Source of the DNA: Nitrosopumilus sp.
GTDB taxonomy: Archaea; Thermoproteota; Nitrososphaeria; Nitrososphaerales; Nitrosopumilaceae
Length of the DNA: 64,000 nucleotides
Reading direction: 5' to 3'
Assembly: GCA_965214775.1 (NCBI GenBank)
Contig: OZ243974.1
Location: 192,001-256,000 of the forward strand
Shown piece after piece: positions 17,995 through 28,410 of the stretch (its first letter is position 1; every line of letters starts with the position of its first letter). Made by a program: the position numbers and the translations under genes. The notes beneath the pieces are model-generated. The model did no database searches and was not told the origin of the DNA. It worked only from the letters and a program-made list of their open reading frames with translations.

Positions 17995-18506
17995 ACAGAT
18001 ACTCGATAATCACCGGTGTTGCAATTGCGATTATTGTAATTCCATTCATCCACAGTGGGTTGAACATATACGGAGTGCAACAGCTTGAATACAGGTGGCA
18101 TAATCCGGTAAATTTTTCATTTTTTACAATGTCAAATCATGGCGAGATCGAATTTTGCAATCAGATGCCGTTTTGGACAAGCTTTCAAAGATTTGAGATT
18201 GCCACGTTTTATGAAGGAAATCATCTAGGGTCATTTGTGGTAGGCCCGCTCATTGCAAATCCCCTCACTTCATCTATTCAATCAGGAGTTTTCACATCAG
18301 AAGAATTGACAACATCACAACACATATTCATGACGATGGATTTTCAATTAGATGGCGGGGATATCAGATTGGATCCTAACGAGTTCACAGTAATTACAAA
18401 AGCAGATACCCCAATTCTAGGATTGATTCCATATTCAACATCTACACAGTATGATATTGTTGATTTTGATAATGCCATGAATTCCCTTGACTTGAGTTGC
18501 AACTAG
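17991..18506 (+). CDS. Membrane-anchored hypothetical protein
   Basis: N-terminal TM; ATGA-coupled to the upstream gene. Confidence 0.7.
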   Translation: MNRYSIITGVAIAIIVIPFIHSGLNIYGVQQLEYRWHNPVNFSFFTMSNHGEIEFCNQMPFWTSFQRFEIATFYEGNHLGSFVVGPLIANPLTSSIQSGVFTSEELTTSQHIFMTMDFQLDGGDIRLDPNEFTVITKADTPILGLIPYSTSTQYDIVDFDNAMNSLDLSCN

Positions 18507-19573
18507 TTGCTACGTTTACTTGCCTTTGACATCAATGCCAAGATAATTCCAACTACTCCGGCAACAACAAATGCTGCCAGAACTCCATAAACTAGTTCCT
18601 TGCCAAAACCTTTGAAATAACCAGAGGATGCAGGAGCCGGTGTCGAATCAAGAACACATACTCCGTCTTCTAAAATTGTTCCCGGACCGCATGTTTCAAC
18701 CAAGGTGCAGACTCCGTCTTTAAGAACGGTTCCCGGACCGCATGTTTCAACCAAGGTGCAGACTCCGTCTTTAAGAACGGTTCCCGGACCGCATGTTTCA
18801 ACCAAGGTGCAGACTCCGTCTTTAAGAACGGTTCCCGGACCGCATGTTTCAACCAAGGTGCAGACTCCGTCTTTAAGAACGGTTCCCGGACCGCATTGTA
18901 CACGTGGTGGTTCCTCAGCCGGGGGCTCTGCTACGGGTGGTTCCTCAGCCGGGGGCTCTGCTACGGGTGGTTCCTCAGCCGGGGGCTCTGCTACGGGTGG
19001 TTCCTCAGCCGGGGGCTCTGCTACGGGTGGTTCCTCAGCCGGGGGCTCTGCTACATCTTGGCCAAATACAGAGCCAATAATTTCAACTTCTTCAGTGCCT
19101 GAAGGAAGTGTAATGCTTAGAGTTCTGCTTTGAATGGTAGTACTAGTTTCAGTAAAATTTGATTCATCTCCGTCTGCCAAAACAATAAAGTCATCATCAT
19201 CGCCCTGATAGATGGAATCAAAGAAGGATCTTTCAAAAGTAATATCCAAAGTTCCGTCACCATCAGGAACGTCAACAGATAAAATCAGAGAAACAAAATC
19301 CAGATCAGTTTCAATTCCAGAAACGCTCATTCCGGTTACAGCATATTCTGCGTCATAAAATGTTCCATCAACATCAACAGAAATTGTTTCTGCATATGCC
19401 AGTGCAGTTGCAATAACTGTAAACAAAACCAGTCCCAGGGATAATTTTAAAAGAGTGTCAACGCCAGGTGCCTCTGCTTTTTGAGTGCAGGCCTTGCTCT
19501 TGCCAATACCACCAACCATGATATTTTTTTCCTTTAAACTGACGTTAAAATCCATGAGCCGATAATTAATCAT
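18503..19573 (-). CDS. Surface protein with Pro/Glu linker, Cys-rich repeats and C-terminal TM anchor
   Basis: 5x AEPPAEEPP, 5x CGPGT.L.DGVC; signal peptide suggests a start near 19460. Confidence 0.8.
   Translation of the reverse strand: MINYRLMDFNVSLKEKNIMVGGIGKSKACTQKAEAPGVDTLLKLSLGLVLFTVIATALAYAETISVDVDGTFYDAEYAVTGMSVSGIETDLDFVSLILSVDVPDGDGTLDITFERSFFDSIYQGDDDDFIVLADGDESNFTETSTTIQSRTLSITLPSGTEEVEIIGSVFGQDVAEPPAEEPPVAEPPAEEPPVAEPPAEEPPVAEPPAEEPPVAEPPAEEPPRVQCGPGTVLKDGVCTLVETCGPGTVLKDGVCTLVETCGPGTVLKDGVCTLVETCGPGTVLKDGVCTLVETCGPGTILEDGVCVLDSTPAPASSGYFKGFGKELVYGVLAAFVVAGVVGIILALMSKASKRSN
18658..19054. repeat. Intragenic tandem repeats: 51-bp and 30-bp units
   Basis: 51-bp unit at ~18658-18898; 30-bp unit GGTGGTTCCTCAGCCGGGGGCTCTGCTACG at ~18906-19054. 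Confidence 0.95.
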
Positions 19574-19634
19574 GTACGTGTCAAACTTTTTTGGTTATTT
19601 TTATAGTCAAGGCAGAAATTCCACTATCAAAATT

Positions 19635-20567
19635 CTAAATTACGCCTCGAAGAATCTGAATAATTTTCTCCCCTATTACATTTGCTGCAAGGGATTGGGC
19701 CTCCTTTGTTTGAGCGCCAATATGCGGAGTCAAAATCACATTGTCAAGTTCTGCAAGTTGTGTTCCGATTGCGGGTTCTTTTTCAAACACATCTAATGCA
19801 GCGCCGCCAAGAGTCCCATTTTTCAATGCATCGTACAGTGCGACCTCATCAACAACACCACCTCTAGAAGTATTGATAATTTTTGCAGTATTTTTCATAG
19901 TTGACATTTTTTCTGCGTCAATCAAATGATATGTGGAATCCAACAGTGGAACGTGAACGGAGACATAATCGGAACTTTGTAACAAGGTGTTCAAATCAGC
20001 TTTCATCAATCCGACTTCTTTTGAAAATTCTTCGTCAATTGGAACTACATCATAGCCAATGATGTTCATGTTTAATGCACGAGCCAATCTTCCCAAGCGC
20101 TTGCCAATATTTCCCAATCCAATGATTCCCAAATATTTTCCTCGAAGTTCAGTTCCTTTCAATTCTTTTTTGAGCCACTGCTCATTTCTGATTCCTCGAT
20201 CTCCCCTTGCGGTTTGCCTTGCTAGAGACAACATCAATCCCAAGACTAATTCTGCAACTGCATTCACAGCACCCTCTACTGCATTAATTACACGAATGTT
20301 CTTTGTTTTTGCTGCCTCTTGATCAACATTGTCCAGACCAACGCCAACTCTGGCAATAATTTTACAATGTTCAGCTTTGTCAATCATCTCTTTTGTGATC
20401 GTTGTTCTGCTTCTTACAATTACAATATTGAAATTTGAAATTTTTTCAAGAATCTGTTCTGCGGTGATTTCGGGCTCGTATGATACTTTGAGACCGTTAT
20501 CCTCCAAGATTTTGTTTAAGATTGGATCCACTTCATCGCAAATCAGTACAGAATCGTCAAATCCCAT
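19635..20567 (-). CDS. serA: D-3-phosphoglycerate dehydrogenase
   Basis: RVGVGLDN, GLGNIG, INTSRG, LTPHIGA. Confidence 0.85.
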   Translation of the reverse strand: MGFDDSVLICDEVDPILNKILEDNGLKVSYEPEITAEQILEKISNFNIVIVRSRTTITKEMIDKAEHCKIIARVGVGLDNVDQEAAKTKNIRVINAVEGAVNAVAELVLGLMLSLARQTARGDRGIRNEQWLKKELKGTELRGKYLGIIGLGNIGKRLGRLARALNMNIIGYDVVPIDEEFSKEVGLMKADLNTLLQSSDYVSVHVPLLDSTYHLIDAEKMSTMKNTAKIINTSRGGVVDEVALYDALKNGTLGGAALDVFEKEPAIGTQLAELDNVILTPHIGAQTKEAQSLAANVIGEKIIQILRGVI

Positions 20568-20943
20568 AAAATAGCAAAACGAGCTACGGAATATAATTCA
20601 TGCATAATAGCAAAAAGAAAGAGATGCAAGTAAACAAAAAGCAAGAATTTCTGTAACTGCAGAAATTACTTGCCACAATGCGACATAATTTCAACCTGCC
20701 TGCATTTCAAAAGATATAGTGACGGCTGAAAGTTCTTGAACTGCACAACATCATACTCTCCGTAAAATCATGTGTGAACGGGAAATTTGGATGGATGTTT
20801 TACGCCTAGAAAATCTGGTATCCGGCGTTGTGCTTTTTGACATGACCCGGTTTTTGCGTGCATTATGACAGAATCCACATACAACAGTTTGATCTGATTG
20901 ACACATTTATGTCCGGAAAGTCTTGCGGAATTTTTAATCACAG

Positions 20944-21021
20944 CCGATTACGCATAAAGTCTGGTGCATTTGTTCGTAATAACCTCAGATCTGAACCGAT
21001 TACGCATAAAGTCTGGTGCAG
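20944..21021. repeat. Two copies of an IS5/ISL2-like terminus (CCGATTACGCATAAAGTCTGGTGCA)
   Basis: Matches the right TIR at 36310-36327. Confidence 0.7.
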
Positions 21022-21079
21022 ATCATGAAGATTCGGCAAAAAAGAATGAGTTATAGGGAAAATATTCGGCAAAGCCAGC

Positions 21080-22441
21080 ATGAAGTTCAGACTGGATCAG
21101 GATTCACTAGGAAAAGTCAAAATCCCTTCAGACGCATACTATGGCGCATTTACCGGCAGGGCAATCAAACAGTACAAAGTAACAGGCCACAAGGCCCACG
21201 AGAACCTGATCAAGTCGTTTGTTATGATAAAGCGTTCAGCAGCAGTTGCCAACATGAAAACAAGGGCAATAGACAACAAGAGAGGAAGAGCAATTGTTGC
21301 TGCATGCGATAAAATCCTGGCAGGAAAACACGTTGATCAGTTTGTAGTCGATATGATAAACTCGGGAGCTGGAACTGCATTTAACATGAATTCCAACGAA
21401 GTTATTTCAAATATAGCACTCGAAGTAATGAAAAAGAAAAGAGGCCAGTACGAATTCCTGCATCCAAATGACCACGTAAACATGTCACAATCAAGCAATG
21501 ATACATACCCAACTGCCATGCATGTGGCAATTTTGATGAATCTGAAAGGAACGATTCCGGCAATTGATGTTTTGATCAGGTCATTGAAAAAGAAAGCAAA
21601 ACAGTTCTCAACCTTTAAGAAAATCGGAAGGACCCACCTGATGGATGCCCTTCCCGTCACGCTTGGAGGCGAATTTGCAGCTTATGCCACATCAATTGCC
21701 AAAGCTAGAAGTGAAATTGTCGCATCACAAAAAGAACTGCAAAATGTTGCATTGGGCGGAACAGCTGTCGGTTCTGGTGCAAACACACCAAAAGGATATA
21801 GAAAAATTGCAATTGCAGAACTGGCAAAGATCTCAAAACTTCCGCTAAAACCTGAGAAAGACATGCAGCATGGCTTGCAAAGCAAGTTTGCAGTTGCCAG
21901 CATGTCTGGCACACTTAGAAACCTGGCATTGGAAATCGGAAAGCTTGCAAATGACATCAGGTTAATGGCATCAGGACCAATTGCGGGACTAGCCGAATTG
22001 GGAATTCCTGCAGTACATGCAGGCTCGTCCATCATGCCTGGAAAAGTGAACCCGTCACTTGCAGAATGTATGAACATGGTTTGCTTTAACATAATCGGAA
22101 ATGATACTACAGTATCCTATGCAGCCCAGAGCGGTCAATTTGAGTTAAATGTCATGTTACCTGGCATGCTAAAGTGCATGCTAGAATCAACTGACATGCT
22201 GAAAAACTTTCTGCCAATATTTTCTGCAAATCTGATTGATGGCCTGACAGCAAACAGGGACAGACTAAAGGCAGATATCGAAAACAGTCCAGTAATTGTG
22301 ACTTTGCTTACGCCAAAAATAGGATACCTGAAAGCAGCAGAACTGTTCAAGGAGTCATTAAAGACGGGAAAGACAATCAGGGAGCTGGTCGTTTCAAAGA
22401 AGCTGATGACAAACAAGGAAATCGATTCTCTATTTGGATAA
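21080..22441 (+). CDS. Class II fumarate hydratase / aspartate ammonia-lyase
   Basis: GSSIMPGKVNP signature, SQSSND, GRTHLMDA. Confidence 0.9.
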   Translation: MKFRLDQDSLGKVKIPSDAYYGAFTGRAIKQYKVTGHKAHENLIKSFVMIKRSAAVANMKTRAIDNKRGRAIVAACDKILAGKHVDQFVVDMINSGAGTAFNMNSNEVISNIALEVMKKKRGQYEFLHPNDHVNMSQSSNDTYPTAMHVAILMNLKGTIPAIDVLIRSLKKKAKQFSTFKKIGRTHLMDALPVTLGGEFAAYATSIAKARSEIVASQKELQNVALGGTAVGSGANTPKGYRKIAIAELAKISKLPLKPEKDMQHGLQSKFAVASMSGTLRNLALEIGKLANDIRLMASGPIAGLAELGIPAVHAGSSIMPGKVNPSLAECMNMVCFNIIGNDTTVSYAAQSGQFELNVMLPGMLKCMLESTDMLKNFLPIFSANLIDGLTANRDRLKADIENSPVIVTLLTPKIGYLKAAELFKESLKTGKTIRELVVSKKLMTNKEIDSLFG

Positions 22442-22444
22442 ACT

Positions 22445-23713
22445 ATGGCAAAAATTTTCGTAGAGGCATACGGGTGTTCTGCTAGCTTTGCAGATTCAGA
22501 AATGATTTCAGGACTGGTTCAAAATGGAGGCCATACACTTGTCGAGGATCCCTCCCAGTCAGATCTAAATGTCGTAGTTACATGTTCTGTAAAAGATGCA
22601 ACTGCAAACAAAATGATCCACAGAATAAAGTCATTGAAGGCAAAGCCGTTGGTTGTTGCAGGGTGTCTTCCCAAGGCAGAAAAAGATACAGTAGAGAGAT
22701 TTGCTGAAAATGCAAGCCTGCTAGGACCAAACTCACTAGGTCAGACTCTTCAGGTGATCAATTCAGCCCTAAAGGGAAGAAAAGAGACGGCACTAGAAGA
22801 TTCCGATCTGTCCAAGGTAGGACTGCCAAAAGTCAGACTAAATCCAGCAGTAGGCATTGTAGAGATTGCAAGTGGATGTATGAGTGAATGCACATTCTGT
22901 CAGACCAAGTTATCAAAAGGAGATCTTGTCAGTTACAGGTTGGGAGATATTGTAAGGCAGGTCAAAATTGAAATTAGTGACGGTTGTAAAGAGATTTGGC
23001 TAACGTCTACGGACAATGGATGTTATGGTTTTGACATTGGAACGGACTTGCCATCACTGGTTAATGCGGTTGCAGAAATTCCAGAGGATTTCATGCTAAG
23101 AGTCGGAATGATGAATCCAATGTACATGCCAAGAATCAAAGAGGAGTTAGTAAAATCATTTGATAATGACAAGGTATTCAAATTTTTACATGTTCCAGTT
23201 CAGAGCGGCAGTGACAAAGTTCTCCACGACATGAAGAGGGGGCATACTGCCAGTACTTATAGAGAAATCGTCCAAAAAGTGAGAGACAGGTTCGAAGACT
23301 TTACAATTTCAACTGATATCATAGTAGGATTTCCTTCAGAGACAGAGGAAGACTTTGAGAAGACAGTCAAGTTAATTGATGAGACAAGGCCCGAAGTGGT
23401 CAATCTGTCCAGATACAGTGCAAGGCCAGGAACTAAAGCAGCAGGGTGGGAGCAGATTGATGTTGGCGAAGTGAAAAGAAGAAGCAAGGGAATTTTTGAG
23501 CAGATCAGCAAAATCACCCTAAAAAATAATCAAAAGTGGATCGGATGGACCGGTAGGGTCCTCTTTGATGAAAGGACAGATGAAGGAATCAAGGGGAGAA
23601 ACTACGCTTACAAGCCGATATTTGTCAAAGATAGTGTGGATATCGGACAAACAGCGGTCGTAGAAATTACTGGGGCAACTGTAAGTGGCCTTGTTGGAAA
23701 GATCGCAAGCTAA
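22445..23713 (+). CDS. tRNA methylthiotransferase (MiaB-like, archaeal MtaB/CDKAL1 type)
   Basis: UPF0004 YGC...TC, radical SAM CMSECTFC, C-terminal TRAM domain. Confidence 0.9.
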   Translation: MAKIFVEAYGCSASFADSEMISGLVQNGGHTLVEDPSQSDLNVVVTCSVKDATANKMIHRIKSLKAKPLVVAGCLPKAEKDTVERFAENASLLGPNSLGQTLQVINSALKGRKETALEDSDLSKVGLPKVRLNPAVGIVEIASGCMSECTFCQTKLSKGDLVSYRLGDIVRQVKIEISDGCKEIWLTSTDNGCYGFDIGTDLPSLVNAVAEIPEDFMLRVGMMNPMYMPRIKEELVKSFDNDKVFKFLHVPVQSGSDKVLHDMKRGHTASTYREIVQKVRDRFEDFTISTDIIVGFPSETEEDFEKTVKLIDETRPEVVNLSRYSARPGTKAAGWEQIDVGEVKRRSKGIFEQISKITLKNNQKWIGWTGRVLFDERTDEGIKGRNYAYKPIFVKDSVDIGQTAVVEITGATVSGLVGKIAS

Positions 23714-23785
23714 ATTTTTTAGATCTAAAATTTGATTAAAAAAACGTAAGAAGGTTTTTTATGGAAATATCCAAACAGGATCAGA

Positions 23786-24733
23786 ATGAGTTTCCAGGTA
23801 AAAGAGCCGGTACTAGTGATTGGTCTGGGAGGGGCAGGCTCAAAATTGGCAATAAATGCAAAAGATGTCCTCAATTCAGACTGCATGGTAATCAGTAACG
23901 ATGTCAAAGACTTGCAGACAGGCACAGTAACTTCAGTTCACGTTTCAACTGACCCAATAGTAAATCCATCTATTCAACTAATCAGAGGCTCAACTTACAA
24001 AGTATCCAAAGCAATCAAGGCCAAGATCAGCGATTATTCCACAGTTGTAATGATGAGTAACCTTGCAGGCAAGGCAGGTTCTGCCATTGCCCCGGTGGTT
24101 TCTGAAATTTGCAAGGAATCCAATGTAGGGCTGGTTTCGTTTGCAATCATGCCATTCAAGTATGAAAAAGACAGAATTTTCAACTCTGGTGTGTCTCTGA
24201 AGAGAGTAAGAGAGAATTCAGAATGTACGGTTGTTTTAGATAATGACGCATTACTAGAAAACAATCCAGGCCTAAGTGCAAAATCATGTCACGATATTGC
24301 AAATTCTGCAATTATGCACGTAATAAAATCACTAGAATCATCTGAAATAAGAGAAGATACAAGCATTCTCTCAGCAGGCAAAGATGGTCAAGATATGGAA
24401 GACTCTTTGAGGGATTCGTTGAAGATGCTATATGATAACGCGCCGCCAGCATCAGTAAAGAGTTCAATGTTGTATGTAGTTGGTGGCAGTAACATCCCAG
24501 TGGGGGTTTTGAATTCCATTACAAGTATGACCAGTGGGATTATCAACGAAAGCCAATCACAAGTCGATATGACTTCAGACGAATCAAACGTAGTGATGTT
24601 GTCATCAGTTCAAGGAATGACAAAATTTGATAACTATGATCCGCTTGGAGCAATTCCTCACGAAGATTATCTTGATTGGTCAACTCCCGAATGCAGTATT
24701 GATTGTCAACTAGACATTTACCAGATAGAATAA
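23786..24733 (+). CDS. ftsZ: Thaumarchaeal FtsZ-like protein
   Basis: VIGLGGAG, LAGKAGS (divergent tubulin motif), IMPFKYE, LDNDAL. Confidence 0.8.
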   Translation: MSFQVKEPVLVIGLGGAGSKLAINAKDVLNSDCMVISNDVKDLQTGTVTSVHVSTDPIVNPSIQLIRGSTYKVSKAIKAKISDYSTVVMMSNLAGKAGSAIAPVVSEICKESNVGLVSFAIMPFKYEKDRIFNSGVSLKRVRENSECTVVLDNDALLENNPGLSAKSCHDIANSAIMHVIKSLESSEIREDTSILSAGKDGQDMEDSLRDSLKMLYDNAPPASVKSSMLYVVGGSNIPVGVLNSITSMTSGIINESQSQVDMTSDESNVVMLSSVQGMTKFDNYDPLGAIPHEDYLDWSTPECSIDCQLDIYQIE

Positions 24734-24766
24734 AATAATTTTTTAAAATTAGTTTTTTGGAAAGAA

Positions 24767-25720
24767 TTACTCTTTTGGGTCTTCTTCTTTCTTTGGCGGC
24801 GCATTAGCTGATTCTTCTGCTGCAGGCTCTGCTGGATCACCCTCAACCTTTTGCTCTGCTGCAGGCTCTGCTGGATCACCCTCAACCTTTTGCTCTGCTG
24901 CAGGCTCTGCTGGATCACCCTCAACCTTTTGCTCTGCTGCAGGCTCTGCTGGATCACCCTCAACCTTTTGCTCTGCTGCAGGCTCTGCTGGATCACCCTC
25001 AACCTTTTGCTCTGCTGCAGGCTCTGCTGGATCACCCTCAACCTTTTGCTCTGCTGCAGGCTCTGCTGGATCACCCTCAACCTTTTGCTCTGCTGCAGGC
25101 TCTGCTGGATCACCCTCAACCTTTTGCTCTGCTGCAGGCTCTGCTGGATCACCCTCAACCTTTTGCTCTGCTGCAGGCTCTGCTGGATCACCCTCAACCT
25201 TTTGCTCTGCTGCAGGCTCTGCTGGATCACCCTCAACCTTTTGCTCTGCTGCAGGCTCTGCTGGATCACCCTCAACCTTTTGCTCTGCTGCAGGCTCTGC
25301 TGGATCACCCTCAACCTTTTGCTCTGCTGCAGGCTCTGCTGGATCACCCTCAACCTTTTGCTCTGCTGCAGGCTCTGCTGGATCACCCTCAACCTTTTGC
25401 TCTGCTGGATCACCCTCAACCTTGAGAGTCTCTTTTTCTGGAACTGCTTTAGATTCTGCTTCTTCATCATATGGAGAAACTAAAACATAGCCTTCGTCAG
25501 TTTTATTCATTCTAACTCTAATCTTTCTTGGAGGACTTCGAACCCCTTTTGCCCAAATTTGCCAAGCTAGTTCTTCCTCAATTTTGACATCCTCAACTTT
25601 CATGTGATGTCTTGCAAATTCTTTAATCATGTTAATTGCTCGAACAGCCCTATGTTGAGATTGAGAAAGTAACACTTTACCTAAATTAATTGTATAAACT
25701 CGTTCTAATTCTTGAGACAT
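24767..25720 (-). CDS. rpl31e: 50S ribosomal protein L31e with long repetitive acidic tail
   Basis: ERVYTINL...RAVRAI...IWAKG.RSPPRKIRV, then 15x KVEGDPAEPAAEQ. Confidence 0.9.
   Translation of the reverse strand: MSQELERVYTINLGKVLLSQSQHRAVRAINMIKEFARHHMKVEDVKIEEELAWQIWAKGVRSPPRKIRVRMNKTDEGYVLVSPYDEEAESKAVPEKETLKVEGDPAEQKVEGDPAEPAAEQKVEGDPAEPAAEQKVEGDPAEPAAEQKVEGDPAEPAAEQKVEGDPAEPAAEQKVEGDPAEPAAEQKVEGDPAEPAAEQKVEGDPAEPAAEQKVEGDPAEPAAEQKVEGDPAEPAAEQKVEGDPAEPAAEQKVEGDPAEPAAEQKVEGDPAEPAAEQKVEGDPAEPAAEQKVEGDPAEPAAEESANAPPKKEEDPKE
24812..25423. repeat. 39-bp tandem repeat, 15 copies plus a partial copy
   Basis: Unit TCTGCTGCAGGCTCTGCTGGATCACCCTCAACCTTTTGC. Confidence 0.95.
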
Positions 25721-25879
25721 CTATCCTACCTCCGCATCAGTTGATCTCCAAGCTCTGCGTTTTGGATTTGTTCTGACATTTCTCTTTGTTTTGAGAATAA
25801 TCCAAGCTGGCACTGGCGATGCCTGCTTTGTTTTCTTGAGCAGGCGAATCTTTCTTGGAGAGGACTTGCGTGCAGCCAT
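25721..25879 (-). CDS. rpl39e: 50S ribosomal protein L39e (below the ORF-track cutoff)
   Basis: MAARKSSPRKIRLLKKTKQASPVPAWIILKTKRNVRTNPKRRAWRSTDAEVG. Confidence 0.9.
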   Translation of the reverse strand: MAARKSSPRKIRLLKKTKQASPVPAWIILKTKRNVRTNPKRRAWRSTDAEVG

Positions 25880-26101
25880 AGATTTTCAGGCACGCGGAGC
25901 TCTTTTTAAATCCTGTGTTTCAATTGGCTGCAAACAATGAAGGGGAAAGATGCGTTTTATTGCATAGGAATCCGCATATGATGCCTGGGGAAAGTACGAG
26001 GTCTTTGTAATCAAGGGACGAGTCATCATTTTTCCCAATTTCATTTACAGATTCCAAGACGAATAAAAAATTAGGCCTGCTAAGAAATACAGGTTTGGTT
26101 G

Positions 26102-26230
26102 GGGGCCGTTGCCTAATTCCACTTGTTTGGCTCAATTCACACGTTTTTCTGAATTTTTGCCCTTTTGCACACCTGATCCACTGGCATCTCAACGGTTTTC
26201 AGGAATTCTGGCAAATTAGGAAACAACCCC
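26102..26230. mobile_element. MITE family E (inverted copy)
   Basis: Reverse complement of 27373-27501; truncates the IS630 relic. Confidence 0.8.
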
Positions 26231-27290
26231 AAAGCAACATGACGAGGATCTCAGAGCAGAACCCGAGGAGTGCGGCTTTGAGAGCAACCTGTGGGACTTG
26301 CGTATGACAATGCCATACATCAAAAAGAAGTTCGGCGCAGAATACACAGTAAAAGCGACGCGCTGCTGCTTGCACACAAGTTTGGATTCTCCTGGAAAAA
26401 TCCAGGCCAAAGAACCCAAAGTCAGCCTCAAAGCGCAGGCAAAACGAGCTCAAGGAGGCAGTACAAAAGATGATACGGGGAAAAAGGCGCAAGGCTACGG
26501 TACTAGCAGAAGACGAGTCATCCATACAAAAGACCACGAGTAGATCGGGACACGGGTGGACAAAGCGCGGCAGGAGCACCACATCTCCCTTATCGCTGTC
26601 ACGGCAGTGACGGTACATCTTCGGCGTGCTGGCAGCCAGCATATTCTACTTTATGTTCTGTGAGAAGACCAATGCCGACAGCTTTTGTGACTTTCTGGAA
26701 AGGGTGCACAAGGAGTTCGACAAGGTGCTGACATTCTTAGATAATGCGTCATGCCACAAGTCTGCCGGCGTAAAGGAGATACTGGAAAAGTATAACAGCG
26801 AGATAATACTGGAAAAGTATAACAGCGAGATAATACTGGAGCACATACTGTCGTACACGCCGGAACTCAATCATGTGGAGATACAGTGGAGGGAGATAAA
26901 GCGGAGGCTGTCTGCCAGGGTGTTTGATACGCTCGATGACATGGAGCAGTACGTGCGGAATCTGTTTGCAAGAGGAGAGGTCCTGCCGGTAAAGATGTTC
27001 CGATATTTGATGGGTTGACCGGATCAGCATGTCGTGTTTCCTACTGTCGGGTTTGGTATACCCTGCAGACGTTGATTGACGTGACAAGTGCCTCCATTTT
27101 GTTCCAGCGTTCCATATGTCGGGCCAGTGCGCCTTGCGGAGGCGTGAGCACTGTCTGGAAGGAATGCCCCTTAACATCATGAAATTTTGTCTGTCTGTTT
27201 TCCCATGCACGTGCGTATGGCTTGCCTGATCCTAATCTTTGGATCAAAAACAGTTGTTAAGATTGTCCGCTTCTTTTATGCGCTGACTAC
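26231..27290 (+). pseudogene. IS630-family transposon relic with right long TIR
   Basis: Frameshifted homolog of 56855-57964 (LAEDES, FLDNAS.H, PELN.VE); right end ...CTGACTAC. Confidence 0.85.
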
Positions 27291-27372
27291 ATCTGAACCT
27301 ATACCGTCAGAGAATCATTACTGATCTTAGGGTTGCAGGTATGTAAACCATGATCTGCTGTGTCATATTTTT

Positions 27373-27501
27373 GGGGTTGTCTCTTAATTCGCCAGAATTC
27401 CTGAAAACCGTTGAGATGCCAGTGGATCAGGTGTGCAAAAGGGCGAAAATTCAGAAAAACGTACAGTTTGAGTTAAATCAGTGGAATTAGACGACAACCC
27501 C
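27373..27501. mobile_element. MITE family E (129 bp)
   Basis: TIR GGGGTTGTC..TAATTC / GAATTAGACGACAACCCC; 9-bp TSD CATATTTTT. Confidence 0.9.
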
Positions 27502-27531
27502 CATATTTTTAGATCAGATAGACCAATTACG

Positions 27532-27660
27532 GAGGTTGTCTCCTAATTCGCCAGAATTCCTGAAAACCGTTGAGATGCCAGTGGATCAGGTGTGCAAAAG
27601 GGCGAAAATTCAGAAAAACGTACAGTTTGAGTTAAATCAGTGGAATTAGACGACAACCCC
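27532..27660. mobile_element. MITE family E copy
   Basis: Near-identical to the previous copy; TSD CCAATTACG (right copy displaced by MITE B). Confidence 0.85.
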
Positions 27661-27662
27661 CC

Positions 27663-27783
27663 CAGTCTTCCCAGATGTGCACAGCTTGTGTCGGTGGAGA
27701 CGGTGATGTGTGGATCTGCAGGAAGCTTGGTTTGAACTGTTTGAAGATTGGAGCCGCTTTTTGTGTTACTTTTGGGAAGACTG
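27663..27783. mobile_element. MITE family B copy in a poly-C tract
   Basis: CAGTCTTCCCAGA...TTTTGGGAAGACTG flanked by C runs. Confidence 0.85.
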
Positions 27784-27900
27784 CCCCCCCAATTACGCAT
27801 AAAATCTAATGGATTTGCTAGTCTTGCAGAATCAACAAGAAGACAGTAGTTGACAAGACTTGGCTGTCATGAAGACATCTGGTTGTAACGATGAATGGAT

Positions 27901-28410
27901 TTAGAAAAAATTTTTCATTACGTGGTTTAGGTTAATCTCATAATTTTCTTCCCGTCCAACATAGGTTACTTGTTTTGCTCTTTTTCTGATTTCTGTTTTT
28001 GTTATCTTGAACTTTTTGATACATGTTGCAATGTCTTCCTTGTCTCGCGCATTTAGTCTACCCACCTTTGTTACGATGATATCAAGAGGATCAAGCACTC
28101 TGAGTTTGATGTTTTTCATTTTTGTTCTTATGTGCTTGCTTTTCTCCAAATAGTCATCTGGCAAGTCTTGACTAAACACCATCCCATTGTTCCAAGTATC
28201 TACTTTGAACCCGTGAGGAACCAGGTTCAAAACCCTGTGAAACTCTGAGAAATCTTTTGCTGGAATGGTGAAATCAACATCAAGTGTGGAAGCCTTGGAG
28301 TTGTGAAGAGTCATGGCCGTACCACCTACTGCCACTACTGTCACCTCACCCTCCAGTTCCTTGTCAAGTTCTCCCAAAAAGTCCAACAACTGTTTCTTAT
28401 TCAATGGCAT
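27901..28410 (-). CDS. DUF6036/AbiEii-like nucleotidyltransferase
   Basis: VGGTAM...STLDVDF, IIVTK.GR...RD.EDI. Confidence 0.8.
   Translation of the reverse strand: MPLNKKQLLDFLGELDKELEGEVTVVAVGGTAMTLHNSKASTLDVDFTIPAKDFSEFHRVLNLVPHGFKVDTWNNGMVFSQDLPDDYLEKSKHIRTKMKNIKLRVLDPLDIIVTKVGRLNARDKEDIATCIKKFKITKTEIRKRAKQVTYVGREENYEINLNHVMKNFF

Noticed and set aside
24812-25423. Possible CRISPR array
   Set aside because: Head-to-tail identical 39-bp units with no spacers, in frame within rpl31e.
24718-25483. Repetitive ORFs 24718-25470 (-) and 24851-25483 (+)
   Set aside because: Alternative-frame artefacts of the tandem repeat.
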